From IMG/VR virus record IMGVR_UViG_3300045988_035404: a stretch of 45,145 nt of DNA; one strand, given 5' to 3'. The notes beneath the pieces were generated by a model, which saw nothing but the letters and a program-made list of their open reading frames with translations, made no database searches and was not told the DNA's origin. A program made the translations under genes and the position numbers. Shown one piece after another: positions 6,143 to 17,300 of the stretch (position 1 is the stretch's first letter; every line of letters begins with the position of its first letter). Origin of the DNA: a virus.

Positions 6143-8164
6143 TTAAATCGTGATTGTTAGTTGTCCGACGTAGAACAATCCATTCTTAGTCTCCAGAGCT
6201 GTCAATGTGTTTGTATCTTTATTGAACTGAACGTGTGTGTTGACAGATCCATCAGTTGTCCACGCTGCTGCAACAAACATATAATTCTGTTGTGAAGACA
6301 AAACCTCTTTCGGTACAGTTGCAAATGCAATGTTATTCCCGTCTCCAGTAAACTCATATCTAACTGTAAGCACGTCTCCGACACGCTTATAGAAACTCTT
6401 ATCATAGCCAGCTGGTTTCCATCCAGTGTTGATTAGATTTGTGTTTTCGTTTTTGGCAAACTCTTTCCAAGGCTCCCAGTCGTCAACTTTTTTCGACCAT
6501 CGGTGATGTCTGAAAAAAAGTTGTCCGTTATTGCCCCAAAAAATCTGGATAGCCTCTTTAAAACCGTCGGTATTCTTCCCATAATTGCTGTAGTGGAATA
6601 GGTATCCCCACTGTCCGTTAGGATTGCCCGGTGCCGATTTATCAATGTAGTATTGCCCTGGTTGATCTAACCAATTTGCGTTGGTAACGTTAGGTTTGCC
6701 GTCTATCCATTTTGGACTGCCATTGTTGCTAGTCAGCTGGTATTGCTGGATAGGGTTATTATTTGCATAAATATCACCAGCTACATCAAGAGCCCCACGT
6801 TCCCGGACCTTGGCAACACCGAGCCCCGATTGGTCATAAGATAGCGCCACGCTCTCAACAGGAACATCAAGTTTAAAACTTGTGTGAGTGAATTTGTCTT
6901 CTAAAACCGCCAAAATTTGCCACGACTTATTAGCAGCATATACACCCGCTAAATTAGCAGAGGAATTGACTAGGCTTGAAACGCCAGCCCAATCTCCAGA
7001 GGCGGGGCCGGTGTCTGTTGTGTAGGTGTCCTTGCCGTAAGGCGTCACCTTAAAGGTTAATTTCATGGTATTTTTTTGAACACCATTGACAGCCAATGGC
7101 GCCACCTTTGCGTTCCTTAGAACTTGCAAAGTGCTTGATGTAGCACCAACCCTTGTCACGTCGAATTTCAGCGATGGTGCGAAATATTCTAGGACGTTGA
7201 TGTTGACTTCTTTAAAATCGGACCATCGTCCACGGCTGTCTGAAACCCTAGCTCTTACTACTGCTTGCCCAGAATAATTCATTATCCCAAACGAAGCACC
7301 ATTCGAGTTGATAGACTGGTTCTTACCAGAAATTTCAGCATAGTACCCAGTTATAGTAGAGCCAAAAACTCCCTTGGCACCACTGAAATCAACTCGGAAA
7401 TTCGACATGATTTGAATGAAATTATTACCGCTCATTATCCGTCGAACTACCTCGTTAGTATCAGTTAGCGTTATTTCAGCCAGCGTTGGTTTAATTTCTT
7501 CTGGAACACCAATATTAATAGTAGTTGATTGCGTCCCAACTTTAGCCCCTTGAAAATACGAGTCAACCGAGATAGTACCTTGAACATTAACAGTGTTTGG
7601 AAATTTGTTGATTAAATCAAGTGGAATCGTCCAATTTGTTGATGTGTCAACGTTGCTAGCTATTGTCCCAGATGCATCTCCTATTTGATATCTAACCGTG
7701 TGTTTAAATAGCGAGTCTTTCCGGTCAATGGTAATTGTCGTTTCTTTCCCAAAAACAGCGTTAGCTACTTTAAAATCGCTAGCTTTTCGAGTGTTCGATA
7801 AATAGAAATCGTTCCCGCTTATTTCAAGTGTGTTCGGGCTGTATCCACCGCCACCCGTAAAACGAGCCATAACGCCGAATTGTCCCCTATTATAAGAGGT
7901 ACGACTAATTGCCACGGTTTCGTCGATTAGCATAATGACAGAGTTTTGACTGGTCATAGTTGGACTTCCAGACCACTCCAAACGACGGCCCCCATCAAAA
8001 TCAATAAAGGCGCTGCAAGAATAGCCCGTAAACGTCCAACCTGTGTTTAACAATGCTAATCGGAAGCGTGCTCGGCTTGTGTTTGTTGTCGGGTCAATAT
8101 CAAGTTGGTCAACCCAAAGTCTAAGTCTATAGCCTCTATCATTGTTACTCCAAAATTCAGCCAA
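6143..8164 (-). CDS. Tail fibre / receptor-binding structural protein (DUF859-like N-terminus), 673 aa
   Basis: TTG start 6 nt after an AGGAGGA SD, directly after the Tal stop. The N-terminus WSNNDRGYRLRLWVDQ...RARFRLALL resembles siphovirus DUF859. Confidence 0.65.
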   Translation of the reverse strand: MAEFWSNNDRGYRLRLWVDQLDIDPTTNTSRARFRLALLNTGWTFTGYSCSAFIDFDGGRRLEWSGSPTMTSQNSVIMLIDETVAISRTSYNRGQFGVMARFTGGGGYSPNTLEISGNDFYLSNTRKASDFKVANAVFGKETTITIDRKDSLFKHTVRYQIGDASGTIASNVDTSTNWTIPLDLINKFPNTVNVQGTISVDSYFQGAKVGTQSTTINIGVPEEIKPTLAEITLTDTNEVVRRIMSGNNFIQIMSNFRVDFSGAKGVFGSTITGYYAEISGKNQSINSNGASFGIMNYSGQAVVRARVSDSRGRWSDFKEVNINVLEYFAPSLKFDVTRVGATSSTLQVLRNAKVAPLAVNGVQKNTMKLTFKVTPYGKDTYTTDTGPASGDWAGVSSLVNSSANLAGVYAANKSWQILAVLEDKFTHTSFKLDVPVESVALSYDQSGLGVAKVRERGALDVAGDIYANNNPIQQYQLTSNNGSPKWIDGKPNVTNANWLDQPGQYYIDKSAPGNPNGQWGYLFHYSNYGKNTDGFKEAIQIFWGNNGQLFFRHHRWSKKVDDWEPWKEFAKNENTNLINTGWKPAGYDKSFYKRVGDVLTVRYEFTGDGNNIAFATVPKEVLSSQQNYMFVAAAWTTDGSVNTHVQFNKDTNTLTALETKNGLFYVGQLTITI

Positions 8165-11100
8165 TTAAAATCCTCCTACATATCGAATGACATTCATGTC
8201 TGGGTTAATGTGGTATTGTTCCTCACGATATCGCCCAATTTGAATGGTTTTCGAGAAAATACCATTCTCGATGTGAATGACACCTTGAGAAATGTACATG
8301 ACTTCAACCCCAGAACTGAACATCGAAATCCGCCCGTTAGGATTAAACATCATGCTTGAGCTGCCGTCGTTTTTACCAATAACCAGACCATCGTTTGACG
8401 AGCTCATGTAAGTGTCGATGAAATTCCAGCGCTCAGACAGCTCGCCTAAATTTTTAGCGATGGTAGACACCCGCTGGCTTGCACTAACCAAAGCTTTCTC
8501 AGCTGCGGCTCTCTCGGTCTCGTTTGACTTAACAAAATCTTGGTAAGTTTTAATCCAGTTATTCAAAATTTCAGCGCTCGCTTTGGCTTCCATTTCTGCT
8601 TGGATAATTCCAGCTCTCTCGTTGAGTGCATTAATCTGTTCTAGCGTCAATGCACTATCCGCCTTGCTGTTTAGTTGTTTCTCTAAATCTTTCGGGGACG
8701 CTTGCCATGCTCTATCAGTCGTACCCTCGTAGCAGTCCAACTCAGTGAAGAATAACAACGACTCGCTACCGTTAGCCGTCCCTTTGTTATCAATACGAAT
8801 GAAACCTTCATCACATTCACCAGAATTAAATGTCAAATGCCACTTAGCGAGTCCGGTAGTTGACGGTGATCCGTTGTGCGATTTGAAATTGACTACTTTA
8901 GTGAATGTTTTGCTAGTTTCATCCGACTTACGACCAAGGAAATAGATGTCTACGCCTTTGATGTTTCCAGTGGCAAAAGATTGAATGTTGAATGAATAGT
9001 CAGTATTTCGTTTGACTGGAAAACGTAGTGTCGAAGCTGGGACTCCTGATGACGATGTTCTTAGCAGGAACAGCGGTCTAGCGCTGTTGTAGTAAAAACC
9101 ATGGTTCGAAATGGATAGATTTTCGTTTTTCTGTGGCACTTCCCAGAAACCCCAATTATCAAGATTATCCGGAAAGGCTGAGTTAGTGATTAGATTTTCA
9201 CCGCCAACCGACACACTGCCAGTCATGTCATTCCACGTATAATCGGCTGGGTTAGTGCTGTCTGCTTGGTTGAAATTAGTACATACGCCTAAATAGCGCT
9301 TGTTTCCATTCTGGGTCAAACTGAAACCATCTCGACCATCGGCGCTGTCAGCGTAAGCGAAATGGACGTAAGGTGTTTTTCCGTCCGCCCCAGCTTTTCC
9401 GGGAATACCATCTCGCCCATCGCTACCTTTCCACTTGCTCCAGCGGTAATCTTGCGGGTTTTGACTATCGATAGCATTGAAGTCTTGATACATACCGATA
9501 AATGGTTTGTTGGTGTCTGTTTGACTAAAACCACCACCGATTGTGTTATCAGCATAAGCAATGTGGGTATACTGTGTTTTACCATCCGTACCCTTAACGC
9601 CCGGGATTCCTTGGATTCCTTGTGGGCCTTGCAAGCCTTGTGGGCCTTGCAAGCCTTGTGGACCACGCTCACCTTGCGCTCCACGTTCGCCTTTATCTCC
9701 TTTTTCACCCTTTTCGCCGACTTTAGACACCGAATAGCCCGTTTCATTGGTATTATCCGTATAAGTCCAAACCGTCTTGGTCCATAGGTATTGCCCCGCC
9801 GGCACATTAGGCACTTGGCTGTTCCAACCAGTCGTTGGAGCAGTTGTTCCCGACGTACCCACTGCGTAAGTAATTGTGGTTTTCTTAATCCCTACGCCAT
9901 CCTTGCCGGCTATACCATTGTTCCCATCGTTGCCGTCTCTTGCCACGTAGGTTTTCTGATACCCAGTTTCAGAGGTGTCATCGGTGTACGTCCAGACTGT
10001 TTTTGTCCAAAGATACTTACCTTTGACTAATGCTGGCGGATTTGCCGTCCAGTTAGTAGGCTGTGCCGTTTCGTTGTCAGATAGCCCGTAAGTGACAGTT
10101 GTGTTTTTGATCCCTACCCCATTTTTGCCGGGTAGTCCGTCGTTACCTCTGTCGCCTTTGTCCCCTTTCGGACCTCGTTCGCCATCGACTACCTCGGTGA
10201 ATGTAACCTCTCCGCTAGCTGCTAATTCATCGTCGAGGTAAGCTTCGACAGTAACTTGCAAGGTGTTCTCGAAATCTGTTGGTTTAACAACTAACTGATT
10301 GCCAGTGCCAATGATTGCGTCACCGTTTTTGTAAAACAAAAGTGGTTGGTAAATCTTACCGTTCCTTTCAAGCGATGCTTTTAACACACTTTGACCTACA
10401 TTGTTCTTAAACGTAGTCCCGTTATCGGTTGAAAGTTTCAACTCGTAAGGGATGGCTTGCTCGGCCAATTTAGCCATGCGAGTCAACAAACTGTCAGATA
10501 CTTTATTCTGCAACGCTTGGAAATTAGCGAATACCGTTTTGTTTTCAATAGGATTAGAAAAGCTAATTTGTTGTTCACTGACACGGGCTTCAAGCATAAG
10601 CATTGGTGAGAAGCCGGTGTCTTGGATTTTAACAGTGTCCCCGATATCGAGGTCGAGGAAACCGTCGACTTCGTAAGTTATGGCTGGGTAGCAGAATTTA
10701 CGCAAGTTTCTCAGCGCTGTCGAAATCAGCACGTCCTCGCTATCTGTCTCAACTTCCATATCCTTACGAATCCAGTTGTCGTCGTTTTCTTTACCAGTTA
10801 GAATAGCTGGGTATAAATCTTTTGAAAGAGGTGCATATAGCACACCGTTGGCAAGATAGAACTCAACTTGTCCTTTATCGTTCTTCCACTCCTGTTTTTT
10901 CTTCGGATCGATAGTGACTTCAACCGTGCTGACAGAAGTTTCTTCAACTTCGACCTCTGGAGCTGTGACGTTTGGTGTGCTGCCAGTTTCCGTCCGACCC
11001 TCAACAGTTTTTCCCTCTTTCAATTCAGGGGGGTAACATAGCGTTTCAATAGCGCCTAGATAAGCACTAGCTGGATAGCTGTTTTGGACGACATATTGAC

Positions 11101-12844
11101 GGCCTGCATAGTTTTGTTCTAAAACCGTAACGGTGCTGCCATTGTTAGCTACGATAATTGAAACGTGCCCCCAAACTGACGTACCTTGATAGGCATTATA
11201 TGGCTTGATATTAGCAATAGCTCCAGCTTTCAATTGGTTGGTGTTGCTAGGTCTGACAACGCTCCAGCCAAATCTATCCCATGCGTAGTCGGTACCAATC
11301 TTGCCCGCTGCCATACCAGCACCAATCAAACCAGAGATGCCGGTTACACCACCACCGAGCCCTGGGCCACCTAATTTCATGGAATACCAAGCTGCCAATG
11401 CGTAACATTGACCACTACCAACTCGACGGCCTTTCAGTCCGTGCATTTCGTTGATGACAGCGATAACTTTATCAGCCTTGACCGTCCTAGTCACTGGCTG
11501 GTTAGGTTGGGTGACTTGATTATTTGGTTGTCTCCACAAATCGTCAAGCTTGTCCAGAATGTTTCCATTCGTTCGGTTGATACCGTTTCGAATATCTCGC
11601 ATAAGAGCGATATAGTGAGCGTATCCAGCGGCAGCATAATCATAAAGAGCTCCACCGATTCGGAAGAGCCCTTTTGTGTATTCTTCGATATTCTGCTTGC
11701 CTTTAACGCCATACATTTTACGGCCACCACTTGTCTGCTCTGCTAGCAGATAAGTGTAGTCCTTCATGTAATCGTCAACACTAGCATAGTGCATATACGT
11801 CCCGCCCTCGTTAGCGGGCCTAGCGCTACCAGTGGTAACAACAACACCACTAGGGCGAGTTTGAGCACCTCCGGTGATACCGCCCCAGTTGTTGTCTCGT
11901 TTGGCTACGTTTGAAGCGCCCCACCAAGACTCAAGATAGAGTTGAGCTAGGACACCAGACGGTAATAGATTGCGCTGAACACATAGATTTAAAATGGTTT
12001 GCACCAATGCAGCACTTAACGGGTGTCCTGCATAAGACAAATTGCCCCCAGTATATTTCTTACCGCCACTAGCTGCTTGAGCTGTGGATGGGTTAGAAAC
12101 TTTTTTCGTACCCTTTTTTGTAACTTCTTTACGACCAACGGGATGGATAGCATTATAGACTTGAGTCTTATCAACGCTACGCTTGATGCCAGTTATGTTC
12201 TTCCCATATTTGAGAACGATATCGGAACGCTTGCGTCCAACACCTTGATTTTTTCCGCCGTGTGCTTTATAGACGTTTAGAATGAATTTATCTAACTGAC
12301 TGTTTGGTTTTAATCGGGTGTCAAATTCAATTTCAGCATCGAAGTTTCGAGCTAGCGAAAGCAGTCGAGCGAGAGTTGTTTCTTGCCCTTCCCACTCGAG
12401 CGTTTTCTTTTGATCTGAAACCTCGTTAATACCAAGCGTTAATTTGGCGTATTGCGACAAGCCCCAATCATCGAAATACTCTTTGAAACTCATTGCCTTT
12501 GGCGCTTTGTATGCGTTGCGGTATTCCAAAAGTAATTCAAGGCTCAAATTCTCGCAGTAACAACGGATAGTATGTTCGTTCTCTTCGATTTTCATAACAT
12601 TAAAGAGATATGAACGTTTCCTGTATTTGAAGCTGACAAAAGCTCGTTCGTTTAGGTATTTATAAGCGAGCTCCAACTTTGAATTAGCTTTAACGCTTTT
12701 TTTGAAAACCGAAAACTCAAAAACAGAAGTCCCACTCTCAAGAGAGCGTGTCCATTTGTCGTTGAAAAAGTTTAACGTGGATTGTTTCTCGTTATCGATA
12801 TAGGCCACTTTATTCAATTGATTGTCATGAATTGTTAGAAGCAT
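8165..12844 (-). CDS. Tail-associated lysin (Tal) with glucosaminidase-like and CHAP domains plus collagen-like repeats
   Basis: The ATG at 12844 overlaps the Dit stop (TAATG); the track start at 12853 is [17 protein letters not shown] suggests glucosaminidase and [19 protein letters not shown] suggests CHAP. GXY runs occur around 9590-9720 and around 10140-10190. Confidence 0.85.
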   Translation of the reverse strand: MLLTIHDNQLNKVAYIDNEKQSTLNFFNDKWTRSLESGTSVFEFSVFKKSVKANSKLELAYKYLNERAFVSFKYRKRSYLFNVMKIEENEHTIRCYCENLSLELLLEYRNAYKAPKAMSFKEYFDDWGLSQYAKLTLGINEVSDQKKTLEWEGQETTLARLLSLARNFDAEIEFDTRLKPNSQLDKFILNVYKAHGGKNQGVGRKRSDIVLKYGKNITGIKRSVDKTQVYNAIHPVGRKEVTKKGTKKVSNPSTAQAASGGKKYTGGNLSYAGHPLSAALVQTILNLCVQRNLLPSGVLAQLYLESWWGASNVAKRDNNWGGITGGAQTRPSGVVVTTGSARPANEGGTYMHYASVDDYMKDYTYLLAEQTSGGRKMYGVKGKQNIEEYTKGLFRIGGALYDYAAAGYAHYIALMRDIRNGINRTNGNILDKLDDLWRQPNNQVTQPNQPVTRTVKADKVIAVINEMHGLKGRRVGSGQCYALAAWYSMKLGGPGLGGGVTGISGLIGAGMAAGKIGTDYAWDRFGWSVVRPSNTNQLKAGAIANIKPYNAYQGTSVWGHVSIIVANNGSTVTVLEQNYAGRQYVVQNSYPASAYLGAIETLCYPPELKEGKTVEGRTETGSTPNVTAPEVEVEETSVSTVEVTIDPKKKQEWKNDKGQVEFYLANGVLYAPLSKDLYPAILTGKENDDNWIRKDMEVETDSEDVLISTALRNLRKFCYPAITYEVDGFLDLDIGDTVKIQDTGFSPMLMLEARVSEQQISFSNPIENKTVFANFQALQNKVSDSLLTRMAKLAEQAIPYELKLSTDNGTTFKNNVGQSVLKASLERNGKIYQPLLFYKNGDAIIGTGNQLVVKPTDFENTLQVTVEAYLDDELAASGEVTFTEVVDGERGPKGDKGDRGNDGLPGKNGVGIKNTTVTYGLSDNETAQPTNWTANPPALVKGKYLWTKTVWTYTDDTSETGYQKTYVARDGNDGNNGIAGKDGVGIKKTTITYAVGTSGTTAPTTGWNSQVPNVPAGQYLWTKTVWTYTDNTNETGYSVSKVGEKGEKGDKGERGAQGERGPQGLQGPQGLQGPQGIQGIPGVKGTDGKTQYTHIAYADNTIGGGFSQTDTNKPFIGMYQDFNAIDSQNPQDYRWSKWKGSDGRDGIPGKAGADGKTPYVHFAYADSADGRDGFSLTQNGNKRYLGVCTNFNQADSTNPADYTWNDMTGSVSVGGENLITNSAFPDNLDNWGFWEVPQKNENLSISNHGFYYNSARPLFLLRTSSSGVPASTLRFPVKRNTDYSFNIQSFATGNIKGVDIYFLGRKSDETSKTFTKVVNFKSHNGSPSTTGLAKWHLTFNSGECDEGFIRIDNKGTANGSESLLFFTELDCYEGTTDRAWQASPKDLEKQLNSKADSALTLEQINALNERAGIIQAEMEAKASAEILNNWIKTYQDFVKSNETERAAAEKALVSASQRVSTIAKNLGELSERWNFIDTYMSSSNDGLVIGKNDGSSSMMFNPNGRISMFSSGVEVMYISQGVIHIENGIFSKTIQIGRYREEQYHINPDMNVIRYVGGF

Positions 12845-14382
12845 TAAATCCACCTTTCTTCAAATTCAATCGTTACGCTAGGTTTGTTTTTGGCCCACGG
12901 AGACTGAACAATCTCAATTTCTGACCTACCCGGTGGAATTACTGGCCACAACGAGCCGTCTACAATTTGGTCTAAATTATAGAGATTGTTAAGCGTCAGC
13001 GTGTCATTCTCGCTATTGATAACAACACTACTTCCTTGGATGTACCGGTTTGGCACATCTTCAAAAAAGTTGTTATTCGTTTTCATGTAAAGCAACTGAT
13101 CAAAATAAGCATGCGTCACAAATGGCTTAGATGGCACATTTGAAATCGTCAAATGTATTTTGGCTGACTTCTTACCTTTGATTTCTGGGATAGTGAAACT
13201 ATGATAAGAGCCCCACCAAAAGAAAGTTACCTTGTCGTCTTCTCGTCTAATATCAGACCACCCACGCTCTTTGTTGAATGGATTGTGTTCGTCCAAATGC
13301 GTTGCGTACAGTATCCATTGTTTAAGGAATTTATAGCCTCCGTGCCCGTCTGGAGCCAAGAGGTTATATTCTGTGCTGAGCCCCAAACTACGTTTAAATG
13401 TTTCAACACCATAAAGGAAATTGCCGTCAGCGTCTGATACTGTTAATTTTAGAAATCCATATTGAGATATATCCCCAGCCCAAAAAATCTGTCTCCACCA
13501 GATATATTCAGTCAAAGCCCCAACATTCCCACTGCTATCTCGTGGAATGTCAAGGGTCAATGAAGCTGTCTGGGTTTGGTTGATATTGGCATCTGGGTTT
13601 CTCAACCCAATGTGTGGTCTGTCCCACACGTTTTGAATTTCAAGGGTTCCGTTCAAATCCTCTGGAACATTAGTAATTCCGACATTTTTCGCCCCCTTTG
13701 CAAATGCTTGAGGTATGCGGTCATCTCGGAAATCGTATAGTTTCTCAGCCTTTGAAACGATTTTCCCATCAGCTTCTTCTGTATTCCCGGCTTCAAACGC
13801 AAACTTATCGCTGACAAGCCCATAATAGCCATTGTCTCCGTTTGCTTTCAACGTGATAACTGGATAAGCATCCGTCGAGCCTTCGTTGTTAATCGGGAAA
13901 ATCATTTTCCCTTTATCTTCTCGATAATCAGTAACACGCTTGTAAGTAGTCGAATGAGCCACCCCGTCCGGAACGAGGAATTCGATTGTGGCTTGGTCGT
14001 ACCAATCTGAAATACCTTGCAGATTGACCTCGCCTTTAACGAGCGCTAAATAATAGCGGTCAGGCTCCGTTGGTAGATGGAGCTTAACCGCCTCTTTTGT
14101 ATGTAGCACTCTGGCAGCTTCTTCTCTAACTCGATAAAACTGCCCGTTGTCAGTCGGTGCCGGTTGATTAGGGTCAATAAATGTCAAATCAGCCAAATCT
14201 CTGGTAGCTAGGCTGACCGTGACCTTAATCTTCTTAGCACCAATATTAACTTGTTGAACGTTAACGCCGATTGACGGCGCTGAATCTGTTGAGATAGACC
14301 GTTCATTCCCTATCTCGTGCTCTACTTTGATGAGCTTGAAATAGTTGTTTAGATCATATCCGTTAAATTGAAATAAAGCCAT
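12844..14382 (-). CDS. Distal tail protein (Dit), extended form
   Basis: Sits between TMP and Tal. The N-terminus MALFQFNGYDLNNYF..VEHEIG is typical of siphovirus tail-component proteins. 512 aa implies an inserted domain. Confidence 0.8.
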   Translation of the reverse strand: MALFQFNGYDLNNYFKLIKVEHEIGNERSISTDSAPSIGVNVQQVNIGAKKIKVTVSLATRDLADLTFIDPNQPAPTDNGQFYRVREEAARVLHTKEAVKLHLPTEPDRYYLALVKGEVNLQGISDWYDQATIEFLVPDGVAHSTTYKRVTDYREDKGKMIFPINNEGSTDAYPVITLKANGDNGYYGLVSDKFAFEAGNTEEADGKIVSKAEKLYDFRDDRIPQAFAKGAKNVGITNVPEDLNGTLEIQNVWDRPHIGLRNPDANINQTQTASLTLDIPRDSSGNVGALTEYIWWRQIFWAGDISQYGFLKLTVSDADGNFLYGVETFKRSLGLSTEYNLLAPDGHGGYKFLKQWILYATHLDEHNPFNKERGWSDIRREDDKVTFFWWGSYHSFTIPEIKGKKSAKIHLTISNVPSKPFVTHAYFDQLLYMKTNNNFFEDVPNRYIQGSSVVINSENDTLTLNNLYNLDQIVDGSLWPVIPPGRSEIEIVQSPWAKNKPSVTIEFEERWI

Positions 14383-17300
14383 TATTCAAGCCCTCTCATT
14401 CGTTTGTAAGTAAATTCTTGTGCTTTTTGGTAGCTACTCATGTCATCCGCCGCAGCATAAGCAAATTCACGACCGTTAATGTTAAGTAAAATCGGACGTT
14501 CGACCAACTCAGTGATAAGGTCAAGCGCTTGCTCCAATCTATCCATTCTCGCATCGTCCGCCAATGACAAATCAAGACTGCCACGCATCTTGCCGCCGTC
14601 GAAGCTATCAAAAATATTGTTATCTTCGAATAGATCACGGGCACTGATAGCATAGCGACTAGCAGTATCAATCATGTCAGCTATTGATGACTTGACGTAT
14701 TTAACACTCTTATCAATACCAACAGCCAAACCTTGACCGATATAGATACCGACGTTATCACGGAAACGACGTGATGGCGAGTGGATTTGGGCTGCTGCTT
14801 GCGCTGCTCGTTCTGCTTGAGCTACAAGGGCATTAGCTGCCGCTGTCACTGCTCCTAGCGCTGATAGCATACCTTGAGCCAAACCGTTACCGATTTGTGC
14901 CCCAGCTGCTCTCATACGACCTACACCAGCATTTGCTCTGGCAGCCGCCGCATTAACCAAACTATCCATAGCTGAGCCTACTTGTCCAACCGCTGATTGA
15001 ATACCGCTTGCGATGTTTCGGCCAGTCTGAGTCCCCGCTTGACGCCCCATTTGGATCATACGTTGACCGCTTGACTGGACGGCTTGAGCCATGCGCTGCA
15101 TAGCTGACTGCACTTGTCCAGCTGCACTATTCATGGCGCTGGCAATAAGTGGTGCACTAGTTGCAATGCGCATGATAGCTGACGCTGCATTATTAGCAGT
15201 GCTAGCTACGGCTGTAAGAATAGCTGGAATAGTAGCAATAGCTGTTGATAGAGCAGTCATTCCAGTTACAGATTGCACGACTTGAGCATTAAATTGCATG
15301 AATCCAGTAGATGCTAACATCAAGGCTGGTGCCATCATGGTTAGTGCCATGTTGAACATGTTTAGTGGCATCACTGCTGTTGTGAATTGCGTTGTTAGCT
15401 GCATTAGAGATGTAGCAAACATCATAAATTGACTATTCAGCATAGTTAGCGCTGTACCAATCGCAGTCATACCAGTGCCAAACATGGTCATACCCGCTGA
15501 CACTGTTGTCATGCTGCTAGTAATCATAGTTAATTGACTAGCCAAACTTGTTAGACTAGCGGTTAACACAGTCATGCTTGCGCTAATTGCAGTCATGCTA
15601 GAACTTAACGCTGTTGAAATAGAGCTGAATTGAGTCAATCCACTTGCTGCTTGCGTTAATGCTGGGGCTAGTGTCATGATTTGCGTTCTAAACGCTGTGA
15701 TAGGGGCTACAATAGCCGTCAAACCAGCTAATGATTGACTAGCTTGGCTTGAGAATGTACTAAATGCAGTTCCCGCTGTTGTAAGCAATGATTGCAAGTT
15801 AGTGAATGATGATTGAATGCTTGTAATCGTGCTTGAGAATGATGTCAAACCAGATACAGCGCTAGACGCTGAACTAGACACCTTGCTCATACCATTACCA
15901 AGGTTGGTCATACCAGTTCCCGCTTGAGCTAGACCAGCGGAATTGTTACCAATCGAACCTACCCCTTTAGCGACCGCTGCAAGAGACGCAGCCATGTCTC
16001 CAAGGTTGGTGTTGGTGATTTTAACAACACCATTCGCTAATTGGTTGAATCCAGACCCCGCTTTTTGAGCCGCTGTACCGATTGAATTGAACACATTAGC
16101 TAGGCTATTCAATACACTACTAATAGCACTACCGGCTGAAGTAATAACGCTTGAAATACCTTCAAACGCTGACTTAATACCAGTTCCGATACCTTCTGCC
16201 GCTGTGCTGATTGATGTTCCGACTGATTGCACTACGCTAGCTATGCCTTGCAATGCAGCACCGATAGCTGAACCTGTTGAGCTGATAATACTTGTAACCC
16301 CGCTCAAAGCCGTAGCGATACCTTGACCGATACCCATTGCAGCGGTGGCAATTGCCATACCAGCGGATTGGACCACGGTTGCTATACCTTGCAATGTAGT
16401 GCCAATCACGCCGCCAATAGCCGAGATAATAGGTGCAATCTGACTGAAAATAGCGACAATACCAGTAATAATTGACTGTAAAACAGGTACCAACATTTGA
16501 ACGATGGATATGATAGCAGAAACAATCTGACTAACGACTGGTGCCAACGTTTGAACTACCGTCACAATCCCTTGAATAAGTTGGCTTAAAACTGGTGCTA
16601 GTGCTTGTACCACTGCAACGATAGACTGATAGAGTGTTTGGAACACTGGGGCCATTGTTTGCATGGCAGCGACAACGACTTGCAAAATCATTGCGATTTG
16701 TGGTGCGTGAGAAGCCAAGACCTCTACAATTTGGACGATAGCGCTCGTAATTATTGGAGCGATTGCTATGATCGTGTTTGAAATTATTTGAACTACGGAT
16801 GTAATTGTGTCACTGATAATTTGGATGATCGGAGTAATTGCCGCAGCTATTTGGCTGATTGCTGAGCCTAGAGCGGAAGCTAGCCCGCTAAACGCATTAA
16901 TGATAGCTGGTAGTGTTCCTAAAATAGATGTCCAAGCGTTACCAAATGCCGTAATAGCTGGAGCAGCTTGACCAATAGCAGCACCTACTGCAACCACTAG
17001 CGGCGCTAACCGAGCAAGGCCGGGAGCGGCTTGTCCTACCGCTGTAATTACGGTGGCAAAAGCAGTCCCGAACGCTTCAACGACAGCTCCAACAGCCTTT
17101 CCGATTCCTTGGAAGGCTGTGCTGAAAGCCGAACCAACAGCGTTTAGGATTTGGGAAACGCCTTGGGATTGTGTCGCTAACAATGCAAATGAAGCAACGA
17201 TGATACCAATACCGGCACCGATTCCGACTGCTGCAATAGCAATACCAGTAGCAAACGAAAGTATCTGAGCTGAACTTAGTCCTTTAAGACCTTGTAAGGC

